A stretch of DNA of 27,743 nucleotides from a virus (taxonomy: Duplodnaviria > Heunggongvirae > Uroviricota > Caudoviricetes): positions 1-27,743 of IMG/VR virus record IMGVR_UViG_3300021426_000080; one strand, given 5' to 3'. The notes under the pieces are model-generated. The model had not been told where the DNA came from. It saw only the letters and a list, made by a program, of their open reading frames with translations, and did no database searches. Positions 1-6,019 of the stretch are shown here, one piece after another. The translations under genes and the position numbers were made by a program. Each line of letters opens with the position of its first letter. The stretch's first letter is position 1.

Positions 1-20
1 ACACGACGCTCTTCCGATCT
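1..20 (+). other. Illumina TruSeq adapter remnant (sequencing artefact)
   Basis: ACACGACGCTCTTCCGATCT is the 3' end of the TruSeq Read 1 primer/adapter sequence. Confidence 0.97.
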
Positions 21-45
21 CCTAAAAAATTCTCCGGAGGAGTTA

Positions 46-221
46 TTTTTAGATGCTTTTTACAGGGGCATGGGTTTCTTTTCTTTCATGTTATTCACTC
101 CACCTCCTTTACCACTGATTTTTTCAGCTGTTTTCCGTTCTCCTTTCAAGAGTTCCATGGTTTTATTTTTCGGAGTCTCCGTCCAAGACTCCCCCATGCC
201 TCTTTAAAAGGTATCTAGAAA
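46..221 (+). ncRNA. Candidate structured non-coding RNA with a 29-bp closing stem
   Basis: 46-74 pairs with 193-221: 24 Watson-Crick pairs, 4 G.U pairs and 1 mismatch. Internal hairpin GGAGTCT(172-178)/AGACTCC(186-192). The interior is pyrimidine-rich. Confidence 0.55.
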
Positions 222-278
222 TTGCTAAAACTAAATAATAACCAAACAAAACTATACAAGAAATGGAGGAAACTGGCT

Positions 279-635
279 GTGGGACGCCAAAAACTAGGTA
301 AAACTACTCCAACAACGCCGATGTCTCCTCCTGGGCGTACACCTGAGGCAAGAGAGAATCAGCTTATATCATTGGCATACGATCTTGCCGAATCAAGACT
401 GCGCGAAGGAACCGCCACTTCAGCTGAAGTGGTTCATTTTTTAAAACTTGGATCTTTGAAGGAAAAGCAGGAACTTGAGCTTACGAAGAAAAAGATGGAG
501 CTTATGACCGCTAAAACCGAAGCGTTACAATCTGCTAAACGAGTGGAAGAACTTTATGGCGCAGCGATTATGGCCATGCGTCGATATTCTGGTGCCGGAA
601 TGGAGATAGACGATGATGAGGAATACTACGAATGA
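279..635 (+). CDS. Conserved phage protein, candidate small terminase subunit
   Basis: GTG start at 279, 8 nt after GGAGGA (the ORF track start at 222 lacks an RBS). Helical protein (RENQLISLAYDLAESRLREGTATS); first gene at the left end, ATGA-coupled to the HNH gene. The TerS role is positional inference only. Confidence 0.5.
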   Translation: MGRQKLGKTTPTTPMSPPGRTPEARENQLISLAYDLAESRLREGTATSAEVVHFLKLGSLKEKQELELTKKKMELMTAKTEALQSAKRVEELYGAAIMAMRRYSGAGMEIDDDEEYYE

Positions 636-1060
636 ACCCAGTCATTAGAACCTACACAGAATTAATCCAACTTCCAGACTTCATTTCCCGTTATGAGTAT
701 TTACGTCTCGGCGGTAAAGTCGGAGAAGATACTTTTGGCTTCGATCGATGGCTCAATCAAGACTTCTATACTTCAAAGGAATGGCGAAAGTTTAGAAGAG
801 AAATAATCTCACGAGATCTCGGATGTGATCTTGCCTGCAAAGATCGACCGTTCCTGCAAGGTGAGACGGTGATTATTCATCATATAAATCCAATCGGTAA
901 AGGCGATATTTTAAATCATACTGAGTTCCTTATGGATCCTGAGTATGTGATTGCTACATCAAGTAATACACACAATGCGATTCATTATGGTGATCGGTCA
1001 TTACTTAAGTCTTTCGATCCAGTGCTTCGTCTACCAAATGATCAATGCCCTTGGAGATAA
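632..1060 (+). CDS. HNH endonuclease (packaging-associated type)
   Basis: RD.GC..AC motif, then IIHHINPI and NTHNAIHYG; lies in the packaging module like the HK97 gp74-type HNH. Confidence 0.85.
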   Translation: MNPVIRTYTELIQLPDFISRYEYLRLGGKVGEDTFGFDRWLNQDFYTSKEWRKFRREIISRDLGCDLACKDRPFLQGETVIIHHINPIGKGDILNHTEFLMDPEYVIATSSNTHNAIHYGDRSLLKSFDPVLRLPNDQCPWR

Positions 1061-1097
1061 TTACAACCCCCTATAAGAGGGATTGGAGGAAAAAGAA

Positions 1098-1556
1098 ATG
1101 TATTATAGAAATGATGAACTTTACCACCATGGCATTCTAGGCCAGAAATGGGGCGTTAGACGCTATCAGAATCCGGATGGGACTTTAACTACTGAAGGAA
1201 AAGCTCGTTATTTTAATTCTGATGGCACGCTTAATGCCAAAGGAAGAAAGGAAGAAAAGAAACTTTATGCCGATGTTAATAAGAACTGGTATAAAGTACA
1301 TAATGCCGCTGCCAGCAGAAATAACAAAAAAATTGCTGAGATAAATGCAAAATACGATGGCCAAGATTTTGGATATGATTCCGCAACTGATAAATATACC
1401 TCGGATGCTGGAAAAGCATATGTTAAAGAGATTTCAGAATCATGGAAGAAACTGTATAGGGATGAGTTGATGAAGCAGTATCCAGCATCATTACAGCTAG
1501 GGTATGATTATGTAGAAAGTCTTCCAATGTACTGGCAATTTGATGATCTAATTTAA
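1098..1556 (+). CDS. HHG-KWG-tag family protein 1
   Basis: ATG at 1098 after GGAGG. N-terminus MYYRNDELYHHGILGQKWGVRRYQNPDGTLT is shared with four other ORFs in the window. Confidence 0.85.
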   Translation: MYYRNDELYHHGILGQKWGVRRYQNPDGTLTTEGKARYFNSDGTLNAKGRKEEKKLYADVNKNWYKVHNAAASRNNKKIAEINAKYDGQDFGYDSATDKYTSDAGKAYVKEISESWKKLYRDELMKQYPASLQLGYDYVESLPMYWQFDDLI

Positions 1557-1586
1557 TAGCAACAAGATTTGAAAGGTTGATTCAAA

Positions 1587-1928
1587 ATGACCGACAGTAT
1601 TCTTAAAACAATCAGGGGAATGCTCGGCCCTGACGAAGATTATGAGCACTTTGATTCTCAGATCATTCCGCACATCAATGCGGCATTCTCTCGTCTGTGC
1701 CGGCTTGGCGTCGGTCCAGAACTACCATTTAAAATTACCGGACCGAATGAGACGTGGTCTGATTTTATTGATTCCGGTTATCAGGAAGAAGTCAAAGAGT
1801 ATATTTTCTTGAAGGTTAAAACCGTATTTGATACGAGTACTATTAACTCTTCGGTTCTTTCCGCTTATAACGAGCGAATAAAAGAATTGGAATGGGAGAT
1901 GAATGATGTAGCTGAAATTGGTTACTGA
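1587..1928 (+). CDS. Probable head-tail connector (gp6/gp15-like adaptor)
   Basis: 113-aa helical protein (SILKTIRGMLG..FDSQIIPHINAAFSRL..LGVGP..YIFLKVK..FD..ELEW) resembling phage connector proteins; no other connector candidate follows the capsid gene. Confidence 0.6.
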   Translation: MTDSILKTIRGMLGPDEDYEHFDSQIIPHINAAFSRLCRLGVGPELPFKITGPNETWSDFIDSGYQEEVKEYIFLKVKTVFDTSTINSSVLSAYNERIKELEWEMNDVAEIGY

Positions 1929-1934
1929 TTCAAA

Positions 1935-2318
1935 ATGGCTTTTCAATTCTTTAATCCTAATCCGGCAGGAAGATTCGTAGGAGACTGTACGATCCGAGCG
2001 ATCTGCAAATTTCTGAATCAGGATTGGGACACCGTTTATGCCGCCACAACATTTCAAGGCTTTCTGTACAAAGACATGCCTTCCGGAAATGCAACTTGGG
2101 GCGCGTTCCTGTACAAACTCGGATACATCCGAAAATTCATACCAGATAACTGTCTTGGGCGATACTCCGTGAAAGATTTTTGCAGAGATCATCCTCAAGG
2201 CAGTTTTTTATTGGTTTTAGATCAGCATGTTGTAACTGTAGTAGATGGAGATTATTACGATACGTGGGATTCAGGGAGTGAGATGCCCACGTACTATTGG
2301 ACGAAAGGAGAACAATAA
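1935..2318 (+). CDS. Cassette gene 1: putative papain-like cysteine hydrolase
   Basis: NPNP..GDCTIRAI (Cys at a helix start), QHVVTV (His) and YYDTWDS (Asp) in the order of a Cys-His-Asp triad. Confidence 0.55.
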   Translation: MAFQFFNPNPAGRFVGDCTIRAICKFLNQDWDTVYAATTFQGFLYKDMPSGNATWGAFLYKLGYIRKFIPDNCLGRYSVKDFCRDHPQGSFLLVLDQHVVTVVDGDYYDTWDSGSEMPTYYWTKGEQ

Positions 2319-2321
2319 GAA

Positions 2322-2780
2322 ATGAGCGCAACGAATTTTGGAATTAACCCTGCACCAGTTATTCCAACACCGGTTCCTTCTGCAGGAGCCGCGAAAGGAT
2401 TCTCAAGTCTGCCGACAGTAAATCCGGTACCAAACACTCAGCCGATGAATCCCGTTATGAGTGCGGCTGCTGGACCTAAATGTAATATTGTTTGGGTTGA
2501 AAGCATGGACGAAGTTTTGTCATATCCGACTTCTCCGAGCGAAGAGATGTATTTTCAGGATAATAACAACCCTGTGATTTATCGTCGTGAAACGGACGCC
2601 AACGGGAATATTAAAAATCCGATCCATGCCCTTCACTACACAGTTGAAGAACTTCCGTTCGGCCCCGAAGCTCAATTCGTAACGAAAGATGAGCACAAGC
2701 AGCTTTACGATCTTGTCGAGAAACTAGCCGGAACGGTTGACGGAATGAACAATAAGCTTGAAAAGCTTCTGAACGGTTGA
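2322..2780 (+). CDS. Cassette gene 2: Pro-rich N-terminus, small globular core, C-terminal helix
   Basis: AAGGAG RBS; PAPVIPTPVPS..PTVNPVPNTQPMNP, then WVESMDEV..YRRETDANG and FVTKDEHKQL..VEKL. Confidence 0.8.
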   Translation: MSATNFGINPAPVIPTPVPSAGAAKGFSSLPTVNPVPNTQPMNPVMSAAAGPKCNIVWVESMDEVLSYPTSPSEEMYFQDNNNPVIYRRETDANGNIKNPIHALHYTVEELPFGPEAQFVTKDEHKQLYDLVEKLAGTVDGMNNKLEKLLNG

Positions 2781-2793
2781 GGAGGGTAACTTA

Positions 2794-3015
2794 ATGAATC
2801 CATTCTTTAATTCACATCAGCAGAATCAGCAGCAGGGATTCGGATCTGGCTTCGATTTGAATTCTGCTCTTCAGAATCTGGCACGACAGATTGCTCCGAC
2901 CGGGATGTCAGCTGAGCAGATTGTCCGCCAGAAAATTCAAAATAGAGAAATGACCCAAGAGCAATTTAATCAGTTTGCAAGTATCGCAGATCGACTGACC
3001 GGTAGAAAACGCTAG
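2794..3015 (+). CDS. Cassette gene 3: small Q/N-rich protein
   Basis: GAGGAGG RBS; MNPFFNSHQQNQQQ..MTQEQFNQF. Confidence 0.8.
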   Translation: MNPFFNSHQQNQQQGFGSGFDLNSALQNLARQIAPTGMSAEQIVRQKIQNREMTQEQFNQFASIADRLTGRKR

Positions 3016-3025
3016 GTCAGTCTTT

Positions 3026-3084
3026 TATTTATTCGATGTTCACCTCCGAACCTATCTGCAGTACGGCGAGGATCTGAATAAATA
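3026..3084 (+). promoter_or_regulatory. Long imperfect hairpin directly upstream of an RBS
   Basis: TATTTATTC(3026-3034) pairs with GAATAAATA(3076-3084), continued by GAT/ATC and CCTC/GAGG; ends 7 nt before TAGGAGG(3091-3097). Confidence 0.5.
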
Positions 3085-3106
3085 CATTTTTAGGAGGAAT
3101 GAGACA

Positions 3107-3949
3107 ATGTCTTATTCTGAAAACGGTAATGCTAATTTTACTATGCCCGTAAGTCCGATGTACGGTGGCAACGGCGGTTTTGGTAATGGCTTCTTCGGCG
3201 GCGACGCTGCCTGGTGGCTGATTATCCTGCTCCTGTTCGCCAACAACGGTTGGGGCAATGGCTTCGGCTTTGGCGGCGGTATGGGCGGTATGATGCCATT
3301 TATGATTGGTAACCAGCAGAATGCTGATGTCCAGCGTGGTTTCGACCAGTCCGCCATTATGGGCTCTCTGAATGGTATTACCAGCGCTCTCAGCAACGGC
3401 TTCGCAAATGCTGAGATCTCTCGCTGCAATGCTAACACAAATATTCTTCAGGCTCTGAACACCAATCAGGCGGCGACAATTTCAGGCATGAATGGCCTTG
3501 CCATGAATCTTCAGAACTGCTGTTGTGAGAATCGTGCCGGCCTCGCCGACCTCAAGTATACGGTCGCGACAGAGAATTGCGCTGATCGCACTGCCCTGAG
3601 CGAAGGTCTGACCAATATGCTCATGGCAAACAATGCCAATACCCAGGCGATTGTTAATGCTACGAATGCCGGTATTCAGACCGTTATGGATAAGATCTGC
3701 CAGCTTGAGCTTGCTGGTAAAGATCAGCAGATTGCTGCTCTTACGGCTCAGCTGAACGAAGCGAATCGTCTGGCCTCTCAGGCCCAGCAGACTGCAACAA
3801 TTCAGGCCGGTCAGCGTGCTCTGGCGAATGAGATTGAGCAGTATGTTCTGCCGACGGCGCGTCCTGCGTATATCGTTCAGAATCCGAACTGTTGCCCTCA
3901 GAATCAGAACTGCTGTCCTCAGAATACAGGCTGCGGCTGCATGGGTTAA
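3107..3949 (+). CDS. Cassette gene 4: Gly-rich membrane-segment, coiled-coil, Cys-rich protein
   Basis: AGGAGG RBS; GGNGGFGNGFFGG-AAWWLIILLLFA-NNGWGNGFGFGGGMGG, N/A/Q-rich heptad region, NCCCENR, and a C-terminal CCPQNQNCCPQNTGCGCMG (12 Cys in total). Confidence 0.85.
   Translation: MSYSENGNANFTMPVSPMYGGNGGFGNGFFGGDAAWWLIILLLFANNGWGNGFGFGGGMGGMMPFMIGNQQNADVQRGFDQSAIMGSLNGITSALSNGFANAEISRCNANTNILQALNTNQAATISGMNGLAMNLQNCCCENRAGLADLKYTVATENCADRTALSEGLTNMLMANNANTQAIVNATNAGIQTVMDKICQLELAGKDQQIAALTAQLNEANRLASQAQQTATIQAGQRALANEIEQYVLPTARPAYIVQNPNCCPQNQNCCPQNTGCGCMG
3878..3925 (+). repeat. 21-bp tandem repeat (about 2.3 copies) encoding QN(P/Q)NCCP
   Basis: CAGAATCCGAACTGTTGCCCT / CAGAATCAGAACTGCTGTCCT / CAGAAT. 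Confidence 0.85.
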
Positions 3950-3961
3950 GGAGGTGCCGAG

Positions 3962-4414
3962 ATGGCTGAATGGACTAGTGTTGCCGTTCAGACGGTCAAC
4001 CCCGGTGAGGCCATCGTCTTCACCGATACGGCACAGCCTTGCCTGAAGGGTTATATTCTGCACCGTGAGGATAGCGGCGCTTTTCTGATGAAGGGAATCG
4101 ACACCGGTTCCTGCGTTCGGAGATGCTGCTGCAAGCCGGCTACCGTAGACTATATGGTGGATTTCGGCGCTAATATCGCCATTCCTGAAGGAGAGACCGT
4201 TGGACCTATTTCGGTCGCGTTCGCTCTTGATGGAAATACTCTGGCAGGAACCGAAATGGAAGTTACGCCGGCCGCTATTGAACAGTACTTTAATGTCTCC
4301 AGAGCTGCCAACGTGTCCATTTGGAAGGGCTGCTGCCAGACGCTCAGTATTCGTAACACTGGAACTACGCCTATTCTGGTCCAGGCTGCGAATATTGTGT
4401 TCAAGAAGAAGTGA
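3962..4414 (+). CDS. Cassette gene 5: beta-rich Cys-containing protein (possible BclA-C/TNF-like jelly roll)
   Basis: AAGGAGGT RBS; alternating beta-strand pattern (QTVNPGEAIVF, YMVDFGANI, ISVAFALDG, TLSIRN, ILVQAANIVF); 7 Cys. The fold is inferred. Confidence 0.7.
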   Translation: MAEWTSVAVQTVNPGEAIVFTDTAQPCLKGYILHREDSGAFLMKGIDTGSCVRRCCCKPATVDYMVDFGANIAIPEGETVGPISVAFALDGNTLAGTEMEVTPAAIEQYFNVSRAANVSIWKGCCQTLSIRNTGTTPILVQAANIVFKKK

Positions 4415-4428
4415 GGAGGAAATTCAAA

Positions 4429-5028
4429 ATGGAACTGAAAACTGAATCCATGGAAAACATGAAGAAAGTCGTCGCAAAATGCCTCGACGAACTCATGCAG
4501 AAGAATGACCTCTCTCCTGCCGAAACAAAAGCCGCTATTGACGGTCTTCATCTGTATGACGAGCTTTGTTGTCGTATTGAGGAGTGCAAGGCCGAGGAAG
4601 ATAAGAAAGAACCCGGTGAGTATGCCGAGCGTGGATATTCTATGCACGGCGAACCTTACCGTCAGTATCACATCACTTCTTATGGCATGCCCGAGAGGGC
4701 CGTTTACTCGGATCGCAGTTATGGTAACATGAACCGTGGAAGCTATGGAAATCCGAATTACGGCGTTCGTGGCTGGTATCAGAGCAATTCTGATGGCTAC
4801 TCTGGCTATCCCGGATATCCTTCTGAGTTCATGAACCGTAGTTATTGCAGTGATCCGTACTACGGTCCTGAATACTTCGATCGTGGGCGCGGCTACAGTC
4901 GTCACAGCATTAGCGATCGTGCGGTCTCTTGTCTCGAAAAGCTCTTTGATACATCCGCTTCTGATTATGAGAAGCAGGAACTCAAGAAGTATATTTCGAT
5001 GATTCGTGCCGCCGGTATGAACGACTAA
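4429..5028 (+). CDS. Cassette gene 6: helical termini flanking a Tyr/Gly/Ser-rich low-complexity core
   Basis: ATG at 4429 after GAGGAGG plus ATTCAAA; about 18 Tyr between 4618 and 4908; C-terminus YSRHS..EKQELKKYI. Confidence 0.8.
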   Translation: MELKTESMENMKKVVAKCLDELMQKNDLSPAETKAAIDGLHLYDELCCRIEECKAEEDKKEPGEYAERGYSMHGEPYRQYHITSYGMPERAVYSDRSYGNMNRGSYGNPNYGVRGWYQSNSDGYSGYPGYPSEFMNRSYCSDPYYGPEYFDRGRGYSRHSISDRAVSCLEKLFDTSASDYEKQELKKYISMIRAAGMND

Positions 5029-5035
5029 GTAAAAC

Positions 5036-5072
5036 GAGAGAGCCTTGGGGTCATCCTCAGGGCTCTCTTTTT
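5036..5072 (+). terminator. Intrinsic terminator closing the six-gene cassette
   Basis: AGAGAGCCTTGGGG-TCAT-CCTCAGGGCTCTCT stem followed by a T run. Confidence 0.85.
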
Positions 5073-5098
5073 AATATTGCAGGAAGTGAGGGCCTAGC

Positions 5099-5587
5099 AT
5101 GTATTACGAATCAAACAGCAACTATCTGGCCCATCACGGGATTTTGGGTCAGAAATGGGGTGTCCGTCGATTTCAAAATAAAGATGGCACCAGAACTCCT
5201 CTCGGACGAAAAAGAGAGCGAGAGAATAATAAAGTTGACCACGATAAACTTGTAAAGTCTACGGATGCGAAAGAACTTTACAAGCACCGCGATCAACTTT
5301 CAGATAGGGAGCTTCAGGATCGTTTGAATCGTCTTCGTAATGAAGATGCTCTTCGTCAAATGGCGAACGCAAAAAAGAAAGCCAATAACGGACAGAGCAT
5401 GTCAAAAAAAGTATTGGCTAAAGTTGGCGAAAAGACGGCTGAAATAATTGCTGCTGCCGCTGTAGGAGCCGTGCTTGGCACAACCAATGGAAAAGAGCTT
5501 GGCAATAAGATTGCACAAGGAGCTAAGGTAGTTAAAGAGTATGGACCGGATTTTGTCGGCTTCTTCATGGACGATTGGAAGCCATGA
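5099..5587 (+). CDS. HHG-KWG-tag family protein 2
   Basis: MYYESNSNYLAHHGILGQKWGVRRFQNKDGT; helical LSDRELQDRLNRLRNE segment; hydrophobic IIAAAAVGAVLG segment. Confidence 0.85.
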   Translation: MYYESNSNYLAHHGILGQKWGVRRFQNKDGTRTPLGRKRERENNKVDHDKLVKSTDAKELYKHRDQLSDRELQDRLNRLRNEDALRQMANAKKKANNGQSMSKKVLAKVGEKTAEIIAAAAVGAVLGTTNGKELGNKIAQGAKVVKEYGPDFVGFFMDDWKP

Positions 5588-5589
5588 TT

Positions 5590-5952
5590 TTATTCATCGG
5601 TCCAAGGCCTGCTTGAATAATAATCCTCGGCGCCGTAACTTTCATCTGATGGATCTTCGTCATCGTCCCAGTCGATTTCTCCATAACTGTCGGTTTCAAT
5701 ATACATAGGATTGTCCGGATCGGCAAATGGTTCATAATACGGATCAAATTTGTGATCATTATGTTCTAAATCCGATTCATCTTTGCTATCTGTAACAGAA
5801 GACGCAAGACCGGCGACGATTATTGCTGCCGCGCCTCCAGCTACAACAGCAACTCCGGTGCCAATATATTTTAGAACCCGCGTTGCTTTTTCTTTTAAAG
5901 GACGCTTTTCTTTCTTATTGGAATTGTCGTCCTTTTTAAGATGAAATTTCAT
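5590..5952 (-). CDS. Antisense moron: single-pass membrane protein with an acidic C-terminal tail
   Basis: GGGGTG RBS before the ATG at 5952. Basic N-terminus, then IGTGVAVVAGGAAAIIVAGLA, then a D/E/Y-rich tail (WDDDEDPSDESYGAEDYY). The only credible minus-strand gene. Confidence 0.8.
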   Translation of the reverse strand: MKFHLKKDDNSNKKEKRPLKEKATRVLKYIGTGVAVVAGGAAAIIVAGLASSVTDSKDESDLEHNDHKFDPYYEPFADPDNPMYIETDSYGEIDWDDDEDPSDESYGAEDYYSSRPWTDE

Positions 5953-5970
5953 GTGTATCACCCCACTTCA

Positions 5971-5999
5971 ACTATACCACAATTCTTTCATATCTGCAA
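5971..5999 (-). promoter_or_regulatory. SigmaA/sigma70-like promoter with extended -10 driving the antisense moron
   Basis: Minus strand reads TTGCAG (5999-5994), a 17-nt spacer ending TGG, then TATAGT (5976-5971), 19 nt upstream of the ATG. Confidence 0.75.
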
Positions 6000-6019
6000 T
6001 CTCGAGGTGAAAATTCAAA

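Noticed and set aside
1-20. First 20 nt as phage sequence or attachment site
   Set aside because: Exact Illumina adapter sequence; an artefact.
3112-4905. Minus-strand ORFs at 3112, 3482 and 4150
   Set aside because: Antisense shadows of cassette genes that have clear RBSs and coherent products.
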